Of a stretch of 64,000 nucleotides of DNA, positions 19,492-28,857 are shown one piece after another (positions within the stretch are counted from its first letter, which is position 1; each line of letters starts with the position of its first letter). This stretch comes from a virus. The position numbers were made by a program, and so were the translations under genes. The stretch is taken from the IMG/VR virus record IMGVR_UViG_3300032287_003869, positions 27,810-91,809 of that record. One strand, 5' to 3'. The notes below the pieces were generated by a model. The model made no database searches. It saw nothing but the letters and a program-made list of their open reading frames with translations, and was not told the DNA's origin.

Positions 19492-19661
19492 CATTCTGTG
19501 GATGTTTCAAAACCCTTTACACACAACAAAACATCTGAATATAAGAAAACTAGAAATGCATTTTTTGTAGAAAAAACAAATTTTTCAATTGTATTTTTAA
19601 ATTTCTGTTTTAAAATGAATCTGTGAATGATTTGAAAAGGAATTAGATTTTTAAACATAAA

Positions 19662-20132
19662 ATGCTCTACGAATTGATTAATTATAACACTTTATACAAG
19701 AATATCAAACTAGATATAGAAGAATTCTGTAAGAAATATGAAATTTCATTTGAAAATTCCAAAGTAAAAACAAAAAGAGAACTTTTAATTTATTTTTCTC
19801 TTATTGAGATTTTAAAAAAATTGGAAAAAAGAAAATTAGAAAAACCAATTGTAATCTTCGATTCAAACTTCAATAATACTTTGTTTCAATTCTGTTTTAA
19901 ACAAATATCAAAAATTCTAGTTATTCCTGTATTTTTTGTTGAAAATGAAATTTCAAATGGAACAAAGAAAGAATTGATATTAAAAGCTGATTCTTTTTAT
20001 GATTTAAATATTTTTACAATTAAAAAACTAAAAAAACAATTATGTTTTAAAAAACATAGTTCTCTTGTTTCAAATATTTGTAATTTTAAATCTTTGGGAT
20101 GCTCTCAAATGATGGAGCATAGCGTTGAATGA
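19662..20132 (+). CDS. Hypothetical protein (very AT-rich)
   Basis: 156-aa ORF; no motif recognised. Confidence 0.5.
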   Translation: MLYELINYNTLYKNIKLDIEEFCKKYEISFENSKVKTKRELLIYFSLIEILKKLEKRKLEKPIVIFDSNFNNTLFQFCFKQISKILVIPVFFVENEISNGTKKELILKADSFYDLNIFTIKKLKKQLCFKKHSSLVSNICNFKSLGCSQMMEHSVE

Positions 20133-20451
20133 TTGGGAGAAATTGTCTTAATGCCTCTTTTGCATTGTTTTCATTGATATCTCCGAATTCAACAATTTTA
20201 TTCTCTTCATCAGCATCTAGTCTTTCGATCATAAGAGCCTTTGCAATCATTCTTACAAGAAGAACCATTCCTTCAGGGGAAAGTGCTTCGGTATTAGAAG
20301 GTTGTTCCGGAATTTCAGGAACTGGTGTTGGTGCTGCCTGATCTGGTGCAGCCTGTGCAGGAGCTTCTGGTGTTGGAGGAACAGGGGGTTGATCTTGTTC
20401 AGTAATAAGTTCCTTGTATCCTTTGTTGAGTATTTTGTGAAATCTGCTCAT
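20086..20451 (-). CDS. Putative head-internal protein, Pro/Ala-rich linker
   Basis: MSRFHKILNKGYKELITE N-terminus. Confidence 0.6.
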   Translation of the reverse strand: MSRFHKILNKGYKELITEQDQPPVPPTPEAPAQAAPDQAAPTPVPEIPEQPSNTEALSPEGMVLLVRMIAKALMIERLDADEENKIVEFGDINENNAKEALRQFLPIIQRYAPSFESIPKI

Positions 20452-20452
20452 A

Positions 20453-21103
20453 TTATTTGCTTTCCTTTAAAATTTCCAAATTGAAAATAATTCTCTTCAA
20501 TACTTCTTCATTTACTTCTTTTCCTTCACCATTCAACATGCTTGTAATTTTGGAAATCAAAACCATATCATTTGAGAAGTCATCCATTGGCTTTGATACA
20601 TTTTTTTCATAGGATTCAAACTCTATGACATTCTTAACAGCACAAAGATAATCAGCTGCTTTCACAATCTTGGAAAGCATCCATGCTTCGATTTTATTTC
20701 CACATCCAACAAGAGACATGAGAGCATCTGCATATTTTTTGATTTTGAATACTTCAGATTTTGCCATATCAAGATTTCCAGAATCATGCACATCGTAATC
20801 GCATTCCTCACACCCCTCTTCTTCCTCTTGAGAATGTTGACCACACTCTCCACTTTCGCATTCTGGGCAACTCTGTCTATTCATGTCAATAGTATTGGCC
20901 GTTTGTTCCATTTCCTCTGGACTCCTTCTGAATGTTTCAATTTCTTCTGGTTTTGTTGCAATAAATTCTATTTCATTTTGGTCGGGATTTGTTGCATTTT
21001 TAATCAATACGTTTTGGGGCATTTGTTCGCCTCCAACATTCATTTCTTCCAAAACTTGTTCATATGCTTTGGAAAGTTCTAAAAGACTGGATTTTCTTGT
21101 CAT
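20453..21103 (-). CDS. Acidic late protein, putative head protein
   Basis: AYEQVLE N-terminal motif; TAAATA 5 nt upstream; MAKSE...EAWMLSKIVKAADYL domain. Confidence 0.65.
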   Translation of the reverse strand: MTRKSSLLELSKAYEQVLEEMNVGGEQMPQNVLIKNATNPDQNEIEFIATKPEEIETFRRSPEEMEQTANTIDMNRQSCPECESGECGQHSQEEEEGCEECDYDVHDSGNLDMAKSEVFKIKKYADALMSLVGCGNKIEAWMLSKIVKAADYLCAVKNVIEFESYEKNVSKPMDDFSNDMVLISKITSMLNGEGKEVNEEVLKRIIFNLEILKESK

Positions 21104-21140
21104 AAGATTATTTAGTTGTCGAATGATAAATAAATTTGTT

Positions 21141-21419
21141 ATGAGTAATTTTGATCAACTTGTTAATGTCATTTTGGAAGCTGCTAGATGCACAGGTCCA
21201 ACAAAGAAGGCATCTTCAACAGCTAAAGGTAAAAAATGGATGCAATGTGTAAAAAATCCAAAAGGAAAAGGTTACAAAAGAGTTCATTTTGGACAAAAGG
21301 GTGTGAAAGTTACAGGAAAATCAGGCAACACTAAGAGAAAAAAAAGCTTCCGCGCACGGCATGGATGCTCCAAAGCAAAACCAGGAACCGCAAAATTTCT
21401 AAGTTGTAAGAATTGGTAA
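21141..21419 (+). CDS. Small basic Cys/His late protein
   Basis: Start reassigned to MSNFDQLVNVILE after TAAATA; VHFGQKG...RKKSFRARHGC...SCKNW. Confidence 0.7.
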   Translation: MSNFDQLVNVILEAARCTGPTKKASSTAKGKKWMQCVKNPKGKGYKRVHFGQKGVKVTGKSGNTKRKKSFRARHGCSKAKPGTAKFLSCKNW

Positions 21420-21446
21420 ACGTTTTATTTGTAATAATTTACATAA

Positions 21447-21857
21447 ATGAAATTCAACGACCTCTACAACTATCTATTGGAAACAGCACTTGGTCTTGTT
21501 GAAGACATCACAATAGAGGGAATTGGAACTCTAAAGGCAAAAACAGACACAGGAAATTCAGCACACAATGTTCTCCATGGTTTGATCAAAGGAAAACAAG
21601 AAGGAAGCGTTACATTTGAAACAATAGATGGTAAAGTTGTAACATTCCCATACAATGAAGAAATAAAAATTCACATTGGTTCAGGTAACAAAGAAGACAG
21701 ACCAGTTGTTAATTTCAATGTGGAAATTAATGGAGAAAGATATGAGAATGTCCCATTCTCAATAGCAGATAGAAGCGAGAACGAATACAAGGCACTTCTT
21801 GGGGAAGAATTCATAAAAGCCAATGGTGGAATTGTTGATGCAACAAAAGAGGATTAA
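21447..21857 (+). CDS. Retropepsin-like (RimK-associated type) aspartic protease
   Basis: LKAKTDTGNS catalytic DTG, EDRPVV, FSIADRS, ALLG. Confidence 0.8.
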   Translation: MKFNDLYNYLLETALGLVEDITIEGIGTLKAKTDTGNSAHNVLHGLIKGKQEGSVTFETIDGKVVTFPYNEEIKIHIGSGNKEDRPVVNFNVEINGERYENVPFSIADRSENEYKALLGEEFIKANGGIVDATKED

Positions 21858-21865
21858 ATATTTTA

Positions 21866-22633
21866 ATGCGTGACAATGATAGTTTGATTTTGGAAAAATT
21901 ATATTCTACTATTTTGGAAAATAGTGGTTTAGATGCAAAATATGCCGAATTGGAACAAAGATCAAAAGATGGAGATGAAGAAGCTGAAGCGGAAGCGCAG
22001 AAAATGGTGGATGAGGCTGCGAAAAAATCTGAATATAATATTGCTGATGTTTTCCACGGAAGTCCGACTCACGGGTTTACTGTGTTTACTCCACAAACAG
22101 ACATAACGGGTTCTATTAGAAATCAAGGGGTGCATGTGTTTTCAAAAGGAACCAAAATACCTCGTAGATATTCGGGCAGCAAAGGAGAAATTCGCAAGTT
22201 TTTTTTGAATGTTAATAATCCTTTTGATCATAGGAATCACGATCAAGTTAGGTATGTTTTGCGTCACATTTTTTTTAATCGCAACAATTATCTTGATATG
22301 GAAACTCCAAATGGAGTGGTTCCAGACCTTTATAAACTTTTGGAAGATAAATCTAAAGACTACGAAACAGTAAACAAAAATGACACATCGGCTGAAAAAC
22401 TTTTTAAGCTTGCATCAGCACCAGATTATGAGTTCGTAGAAACATCTGGAGTTCCACAAGTTCTTAAAGAATTGGGATATGATGGTTATATAACAATGGA
22501 GGGTGGGGAATTGGTTTATGGGGTTTTTGATTCTTTTCAAATCAAATCCGCCACCCCCTTCACCTATGATAATGGAGAATTGATTCCCCTTTCCCAAAGA
22601 TTCGATTCTTCAAACAATGATATAAGATATTGA
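21866..22633 (+). CDS. ADP-ribosyltransferase-fold protein, putative virion cargo
   Basis: VFHGS, GVHVFS, FFLNVNNPFD, LGYDGY...E.VYGVFDSFQIKSA. Confidence 0.65.
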   Translation: MRDNDSLILEKLYSTILENSGLDAKYAELEQRSKDGDEEAEAEAQKMVDEAAKKSEYNIADVFHGSPTHGFTVFTPQTDITGSIRNQGVHVFSKGTKIPRRYSGSKGEIRKFFLNVNNPFDHRNHDQVRYVLRHIFFNRNNYLDMETPNGVVPDLYKLLEDKSKDYETVNKNDTSAEKLFKLASAPDYEFVETSGVPQVLKELGYDGYITMEGGELVYGVFDSFQIKSATPFTYDNGELIPLSQRFDSSNNDIRY

Positions 22634-22665
22634 TTATTTTATATTCCAAATGAATAAATAATTAG

Positions 22666-23139
22666 GTGAAATTTCTAAACCTATTGGAAAATGCAGTCAA
22701 ATCCATAAAACTTCAAAAGGTCCGCATCAAGGTTGATCCTATGTGGAGTGAGAAGCTGGGTATTATTAATTCACCATATTATGAAGGATACATACTACAG
22801 GAGTGTCCGGGCAGCAAAATGGACTTCAAAGTTTTCATTGTCAACACTCCATCAGGAATTAACCCTATACAAACTGTGCATAAAGCTCATTTGGAGCCTG
22901 TTGAGGTCGAGACTCCACAAGAAACTGAAAAAGTTTCAAAATTCAATGGCTCAAGACTATCGGTCTTTAAGAAACACCTTGTTGAGAAACTCAAGGAATT
23001 AGGTAAAGAATTAGAATCTCCAGAAGTTTCCCAAGTTATTGCATCCACAGATATCGGTTTTATTGAAACCTATTTGAAACAAATGGGACTAAATGAAGAA
23101 GATCTTTTAAATTTGTATAGAAAATGCTTACAAAAATAA
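22666..23139 (+). CDS. Late hypothetical protein
   Basis: MKFLNLLE N-terminus; TAAATA 5 nt upstream of GTG. Confidence 0.65.
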   Translation: MKFLNLLENAVKSIKLQKVRIKVDPMWSEKLGIINSPYYEGYILQECPGSKMDFKVFIVNTPSGINPIQTVHKAHLEPVEVETPQETEKVSKFNGSRLSVFKKHLVEKLKELGKELESPEVSQVIASTDIGFIETYLKQMGLNEEDLLNLYRKCLQK

Positions 23140-23155
23140 CTAAATATATAAAATT

Positions 23156-23698
23156 ATGCCACTAAAAAAAGGAAAATCAAAAGAAACCATCTCTAAAAAC
23201 ATTAAAGGAGAGATGAAGAAATACAAGAAAACCGGAAAAATTGGAACTTCCAAGCCCAAGTCCAAGAAGAAAGCTCAGAAACAATCTGTTGCAATCGCAT
23301 TGAGCAAGGCACGTGAATCCGGTGCAAAGATTCCAAAAAAGTCAAAAAAATCAGTTGTAAAGGAATCTTTTGACAAATATATCAATCTTTTGGTTAAAGA
23401 ATCTTTTGGTTTAAGTGAAATGGACGGCCCCTTGGTTAATAGCTCATTTGATGATAAATCAAACGATCATAATGACCCAGACGAGAGCGAATTTCCTTCA
23501 AAGTTGAAAGAACTCCCAAAAGGTGAATATTTCAAAAGAAAACCTGATTCTAAAAAAATATGGATCAAGGGCGATCATGTAAGATTCCGCAAAAATGGAA
23601 AAATCATTATTCGTTATTCTTGTTCAGCAGCGGACGACATGAATCAAGAGATTTTTCTAAATCCTCTTACTCCAGTTTATACAGAGTTTGAATATTAA
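23156..23698 (+). CDS. Basic late protein (possible DNA-binding N-terminus)
   Basis: MPLKKGKSKETISKNI...QSVAIALSKA; internal ESFDKYINLLVKE motif. Confidence 0.65.
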   Translation: MPLKKGKSKETISKNIKGEMKKYKKTGKIGTSKPKSKKKAQKQSVAIALSKARESGAKIPKKSKKSVVKESFDKYINLLVKESFGLSEMDGPLVNSSFDDKSNDHNDPDESEFPSKLKELPKGEYFKRKPDSKKIWIKGDHVRFRKNGKIIIRYSCSAADDMNQEIFLNPLTPVYTEFEY

Positions 23699-23735
23699 TA
23701 TTTGACTTTTTCTTTTTAGATTCTAAATTCTTTAC

Positions 23736-24011
23736 ATGCCAGTAAAAAAGGATTTTAGAAAAGAATTAGAAAAACTCATATCCAAATACGATGATTCCGT
23801 ATTGGCTAAACATATTGATCATTGCTTGAAAGAATACGATCATACTGAATATATGAAGGGCGCAGAGAATCCATTTGGGGTAGATTTAAACAAGGTTCCT
23901 GAAGTTAAACCAAACACACCTCAACCGCCTCAAGCCATTCCAGCGAATATTGGAAATATCACAACGCAAGGTTGGTCTAATCCGTTTGCAGGAACAAGCT
24001 GGGGAGTTTAA
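23736..24011 (+). CDS. Hypothetical early protein
   Basis: Preceded by TTGACT-N16-TAAATT, 6 nt before the ATG. Confidence 0.6.
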   Translation: MPVKKDFRKELEKLISKYDDSVLAKHIDHCLKEYDHTEYMKGAENPFGVDLNKVPEVKPNTPQPPQAIPANIGNITTQGWSNPFAGTSWGV

Positions 24012-24697
24012 CCTTCCCCTCTAGCTCCCCTAGCGAATCCTCTCTCCCATTCGGATACATTATGCGCCCAATTGGGATCTTTTGTTCTGTTGGAGTCACT
24101 TTTTCCAGAGCTAGAAACTCTACTCTTATCACCGCTGAAGAAACCTGCAATTTTATTTGGTATAGTTTCAGTTGCTGGTTTTTGAGCAGTAACGTCTTTA
24201 CGATATATTGATGGGTCTCTTGGACGTGGAGCAGATACCGGAGCTTGTACTGGCTTTTCAAATTTCATCGGACCCAATTTATTAAAGTCCAATGGACCAC
24301 TATCTCCGAAAAAATCCGCCTCAGATGACGGTTGCTCCTCATCTTCAGGCAATCTTTCGGGGTTTTCTTTTTGTTGCTTCTCCCTCTCTCTTGCTAGTTC
24401 CTTTCCGAACTTAGGATCAGGCTCATTTGCGGTTTCTTGATCATCCTGTGCAGGAGTAGCCTCTGGATAAGAAGCATAACCAGCTGTATCGGCATCTCCT
24501 ACTCTGTGTAAAATGTTATATGCCCTCTCAACCATTGGATTTCCAAAAAGTTCTAAAATTTCGGATTTTAATCTTTGATCAAAATTAGCTGCTCTGACTT
24601 TATCGATAAAAGATTGAAAACTTTTAGTTTCAGCTTGCTCCAAAAGGATTGATTTGTATTGATTGAAAATATCGTGGTTGTCTTTTTTACCTAACAT
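24008..24697 (-). CDS. Putative head-internal protein
   Basis: KKDNHDIFNQYKSILLE N-terminal motif; start probably 24697, after TAAATA. Confidence 0.6.
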   Translation of the reverse strand: MLGKKDNHDIFNQYKSILLEQAETKSFQSFIDKVRAANFDQRLKSEILELFGNPMVERAYNILHRVGDADTAGYASYPEATPAQDDQETANEPDPKFGKELAREREKQQKENPERLPEDEEQPSSEADFFGDSGPLDFNKLGPMKFEKPVQAPVSAPRPRDPSIYRKDVTAQKPATETIPNKIAGFFSGDKSRVSSSGKSDSNRTKDPNWAHNVSEWERGFARGARGEG

Positions 24698-24739
24698 ATT
24701 AATTATATTTAGCATTTTATCCAACTAAATAATCATACA

Positions 24740-25462
24740 ATGACCAGATTTGATAAATTTTGTAATTTAATTCTAGAGGTATATGGTAAAAGAATAACAT
24801 CAGCTACAGGAACCGACAACAGTGGAAAAACGGAAGTTACTTATAGCGATGGATCTTCTGCTGTATTGACCGGACCCAGACCAGTGAGAAACAACAATCC
24901 CGGTAACATTGAGTATGGGCCATTTGCCAAAGCAAATGGAGCAGTAGGAGGTGATGGGAGATATGCGGTTTTTCCAGATGTTGAGACTGGGACAAAGGCT
25001 CAAATAAATTTATTAAAAACATCCACTTATCAAAATTTAACATTAAAAGATGCAATTACAAGATATGCTCCACCAAATGAAGGCAACAATGCATCATATC
25101 CTAATAAACTCAGCAATATGACTGGAATTTCATTGGACACCAAACTTAGCAATCTATCGCCAAGTCAATTTTCTAACATGGTAGATAAAATGCAAGCAAT
25201 TGAAGGGTTTAAATCGGGAAACGTCGATTCCACCCCATCCCAACAATATGCTGGAACTGGAGCAACACAACAACCACCAGAAGGAGGGGAAAAGGACAAA
25301 GAGCAATCACCATATGCCGCAATGTTTGCTCAATATTTGCCTTCCGTAGCAGGAGGATTTACTAAAGAAAAGGGAGCAGAATCCCTTAAAGGAATAATGA
25401 ACACAGCAGTCGGAGCAATAGAGGGAATGACAGGGAAAAAACTACCAATACCAAAGGTTTAA
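24740..25462 (+). CDS. Lysozyme-like virion protein (RNNNPGNI family)
   Basis: RNNNPGNI...GRYAVFPD..TG...AITRYAPPNEGN...IEG. Confidence 0.7.
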   Translation: MTRFDKFCNLILEVYGKRITSATGTDNSGKTEVTYSDGSSAVLTGPRPVRNNNPGNIEYGPFAKANGAVGGDGRYAVFPDVETGTKAQINLLKTSTYQNLTLKDAITRYAPPNEGNNASYPNKLSNMTGISLDTKLSNLSPSQFSNMVDKMQAIEGFKSGNVDSTPSQQYAGTGATQQPPEGGEKDKEQSPYAAMFAQYLPSVAGGFTKEKGAESLKGIMNTAVGAIEGMTGKKLPIPKV

Positions 25463-25464
25463 TT

Positions 25465-26223
25465 ATGAACGAAGACGTAAATGCTATTTTTGAAAAATAT
25501 GTTCTTGTGTTGGAACAAGAACAACAATCACAGGCTCAAAGTGAAGGCAAGCCATTAGGTCAATTAGTAGGAGCTAAAGGTGGAGGAGAAGGAGGAGATT
25601 GGGGAGGATCTATGCCAAAACTCATATCTCTTTTGCCTTTTGGCGTTTGGAAACCATCATCATTAAAAAGGGCAAGACTAAGCACAAGGTCCGGTAACAT
25701 GTCTGATCACTATGAGGGAAATAGTATAGCATATGCTGCGGACTTTGGACTGAATACCACATTCGGAACAAGAGTCGAAGATGCTACAAGATTTGCAATC
25801 GCCGTTGCTAGAAATGCAGGAGCAAATGTTTCTTCTTGGGAACCATTTAAGGGAAATTATTTTAATCACGAAACCCCAGATGGATATAGAGTTCAAATTA
25901 TTTGGCTATCAAATGTGGGGGGAAACCATTATGATCACGTCCACGTTGGAGTTAAAAAAGGAAGAAGCTCGGCTAAATTTAAAGGATCGGCGGCTCCTGT
26001 CTTAAATGCAAAGACAAAGACAGACGCAGAAACCAACCAACAAACAGATCAACAATTTTTTACAAAAGACCCCGAAGGTAAAGAACCATCTCCTTATTTA
26101 AATCAATTAAATCAAATGCTTCAAGGGGGCTTCACAAAAGAAAAAGGAATAGAAGCACTTCAAGGAATAGTTGGAAATGCAATATCCGATATAGGAAAGG
26201 CTGTTGGAAAAAAACTTTTCTAA
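25465..26223 (+). CDS. Peptidase M15-like (HxH) cell-wall hydrolase-like protein
   Basis: SDHYEG..AYAADF...NHYDHVHVG metal-binding pattern. Confidence 0.6.
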   Translation: MNEDVNAIFEKYVLVLEQEQQSQAQSEGKPLGQLVGAKGGGEGGDWGGSMPKLISLLPFGVWKPSSLKRARLSTRSGNMSDHYEGNSIAYAADFGLNTTFGTRVEDATRFAIAVARNAGANVSSWEPFKGNYFNHETPDGYRVQIIWLSNVGGNHYDHVHVGVKKGRSSAKFKGSAAPVLNAKTKTDAETNQQTDQQFFTKDPEGKEPSPYLNQLNQMLQGGFTKEKGIEALQGIVGNAISDIGKAVGKKLF

Positions 26224-26239
26224 AACAATAAATAATACC

Positions 26240-27109
26240 ATGAGAGATAAAGATGCACAGTTGATTTTCGAAAGTTATTTAAATTCCAAAAATAACATAA
26301 TTTTAGAAGACGATGGTAAAAAATGGGAGGATGAAAGCTCTGTATGGTTTTGGTTGAAAACATTTGATCCAACGGGATTTAGTTCTTGGCCTGATGTTAG
26401 GGAGGCTTACTATGGAGTTAGAGAAAATCCAGCAGACGTTGGCCCTTGGGCATTTTTTATATTGCAGATGTTTTTAGCTTTACCTAATTTTGGATTATTG
26501 GCAGCAGGAATTGGGGGAATAGGATGGGCTGGATTGAGGACTGTGGCCAAAGCTGCGATTAAAGCTGGTCCATCTAGTCCAGCGGTTTATAAAATTGCTG
26601 AAACAATATTAAAATATGCTACTGAGACTAAATGGTTTCAGGCAATATTGGTTAAATTTGGAAAAATTCTTAAAGAAAAAGGAGTCATGAATCAAAATAT
26701 GCTCGATATTTACGAAAATATGATTACGTCTGGAAATTTTGCTAAATTAGGTTCAAAAGGAGGAGCTTTGGCTATAGCTGCAAAAGAAACAATTGGTGAC
26801 GGGATTAGGTATGTTCCAAAAATACCATTGGTAGGAATTCCAATATTTGGAAAAGGCGGTCAAATTGCTCAATATGGTGGAAGGGCGGGAATGTCCCAAG
26901 CGGATGAGGTTAAAGCTGAATTTGAAAAATTTAAACAAAATATAAATAAAGGTTCTAATAAAGGACAAGGACCAACTAAAGAAGCCGCCAAAGAAGGAAA
27001 ATATCCAGTTGGAAAAAGAGTTAAACCTGATCAACAGACTCCTGATAAAAAAACAGAACCTGCTCCAGCTAAAAGCAAATCTAAATATGCACTTGAAAAC
27101 TTAGACTAA
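26240..27109 (+). CDS. Putative head cargo protein with hydrophobic/membrane segment
   Basis: Start reassigned to MRDKDAQLIFESY; FDPTG...WAFFILQMFLALPNFGLLAAGIGGIGW hydrophobic stretch. Confidence 0.65.
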   Translation: MRDKDAQLIFESYLNSKNNIILEDDGKKWEDESSVWFWLKTFDPTGFSSWPDVREAYYGVRENPADVGPWAFFILQMFLALPNFGLLAAGIGGIGWAGLRTVAKAAIKAGPSSPAVYKIAETILKYATETKWFQAILVKFGKILKEKGVMNQNMLDIYENMITSGNFAKLGSKGGALAIAAKETIGDGIRYVPKIPLVGIPIFGKGGQIAQYGGRAGMSQADEVKAEFEKFKQNINKGSNKGQGPTKEAAKEGKYPVGKRVKPDQQTPDKKTEPAPAKSKSKYALENLD

Positions 27110-27112
27110 TAT

Positions 27113-28108
27113 ATGAACAAATATAATACCTTGAAATATATCATGGAGCAAACGTCTTCCGATTTAGAAAAAAATGTTAATAGATTAAAAAAATTAATAG
27201 CTATTTACAATTCAGATTCTGAAGAAAACAAGGATTTGTTGTCAACGGATCCTAATTCTGAAGATAGTTTGAAATTTTGGAATTCGGTAGAAACGCTTTT
27301 AAAAAATATTGAAAATGCTGATGCATATTCTCCCGAATCTTCAAAATATTTACAAGAACAGGGAGAAGATGTGGCAAAAGCAATGTCTGATATAAAAGAA
27401 ATCGTTAAACAACATCCTGAAATATATAATGCCAATTTTAAAGAAATATTAGACCCAATATCAAGCGAGCCTTTATCGACAAAACCAACAGAGCAACAAA
27501 CCGCGCCTTCAAATGCTCCATCTAGTGAACAAAAACCAGAATCCACCGCAACCGGAACTTCTGAAAAGAAACCGGAAGATACATACACTAAAGATTACAC
27601 AGGAGTATCTATTGTGGATTTCTTAGATCAAAGTGGAAAACCAAGTGATTTTGAATCGCGTAAAAAATTAGCTCAAAGTCTTGGAATTCAAAATTACACA
27701 GGAACCGCATCTCAAAATACTCAAATGCTCAATACATTAAGAGGCGGTAAACAATATTCCGATGGAGTTGAAGTTCAAAAAGCAGAACTCGCCAAACCAT
27801 ATACTACACCCAAAGATGGAAAAGGTCCAACAATTAGATATGGTCAAATGGAATATCCCGCATATATTGACATGGGTGGAGGAAAATATCGCCTTGCAAA
27901 ACAAGAAGAATTGGATAACCCGAATATGCAACTTTATATTCCAAATCCCAAAAAGGGACAACAGGAATATGGAAAGCCAAATTTTGTTAAAGTTAGAAGA
28001 GAAGGTAGCGATATTAGACGCCAATCTCAATTCGGTGGAGCAATTGGATCTGCTTCCAATTTATTCGGAGACATTGGAAACACTCTTGCAAAACCATTCA
28101 GAAAATAA
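27113..28108 (+). CDS. Late protein with DUF3597-like domain
   Basis: SIVDFL...SDFESRKKLAQSLGIQNYTGTASQNTQML. Confidence 0.65.
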   Translation: MNKYNTLKYIMEQTSSDLEKNVNRLKKLIAIYNSDSEENKDLLSTDPNSEDSLKFWNSVETLLKNIENADAYSPESSKYLQEQGEDVAKAMSDIKEIVKQHPEIYNANFKEILDPISSEPLSTKPTEQQTAPSNAPSSEQKPESTATGTSEKKPEDTYTKDYTGVSIVDFLDQSGKPSDFESRKKLAQSLGIQNYTGTASQNTQMLNTLRGGKQYSDGVEVQKAELAKPYTTPKDGKGPTIRYGQMEYPAYIDMGGGKYRLAKQEELDNPNMQLYIPNPKKGQQEYGKPNFVKVRREGSDIRRQSQFGGAIGSASNLFGDIGNTLAKPFRK

Positions 28109-28142
28109 TTGATTTTTTGGAAAATTGAAGTAAGATAATTGC

Positions 28143-28853
28143 ATGAGAATAGCAATTTCTGGATGTGCCGCTTCTGGTAAAACCACAACAATTCAACATT
28201 TTCTTCAAAAATGGCCAAGTTATTCATTGATCAATAGTGAATATAGAAAGTTAATTAAAGATAATAACCACTCCAAAAACACTACTTCAAAGCTCCAAGG
28301 TGAAATATTAGATATACTAGTCAAAGAGTGTGAACCATATACTCTCCACCAGAATGTGATATTTGATAGATGTCCAATAGATAACCTCGTTTATAGTATG
28401 TGGTGCTATGGAAATAACGTGGAAGGATTCACTGACAAATTTATAGAGCAATCAATTTTAAAAGTCAGAAAAGCAATGCAATATTTTGATGTTATCTTTG
28501 TTTGCACTAGAGATTTAATGCCTCCAATTGAAGATAACGGAGTTAGGGAAATTGATCCTAAGTATGTGGAAGAGACTGATAATCTTTTTAAAGCCATCAT
28601 TAACAAATATAAAAAAGGAGCAGAAGAATTGCCATTTTTTGAAAAAAATAATGCACCAGCCATTATCGACATATATGGTCAACCACATGAGAGGCTTGCA
28701 CAGATTGCAATGTATGTCACCGAGGATGGTAATATGTATGGTGAAGATCAATCACTTATAAACTTGGATGAATTAGGAGAAATGAACAAACTCGTTAGAG
28801 AACAACAAGACGCATTAAAAAATGAAAAAACTCCAATCTTTGGCATTAAATAA
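28143..28853 (+). CDS. P-loop nucleotide kinase-like protein (AAA_28/dNMP kinase-like)
   Basis: MRIAISGCAASGKTT, IFDRCPIDN, DNGVRE. Confidence 0.75.
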   Translation: MRIAISGCAASGKTTTIQHFLQKWPSYSLINSEYRKLIKDNNHSKNTTSKLQGEILDILVKECEPYTLHQNVIFDRCPIDNLVYSMWCYGNNVEGFTDKFIEQSILKVRKAMQYFDVIFVCTRDLMPPIEDNGVREIDPKYVEETDNLFKAIINKYKKGAEELPFFEKNNAPAIIDIYGQPHERLAQIAMYVTEDGNMYGEDQSLINLDELGEMNKLVREQQDALKNEKTPIFGIK

Positions 28854-28857
28854 TTGA

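Noticed and set aside
20883-21140. Hydrophobic N-terminal extension of ORF 20883-21419
   Set aside because: It is antisense to the 20453-21103 gene; the real start is probably 21141.
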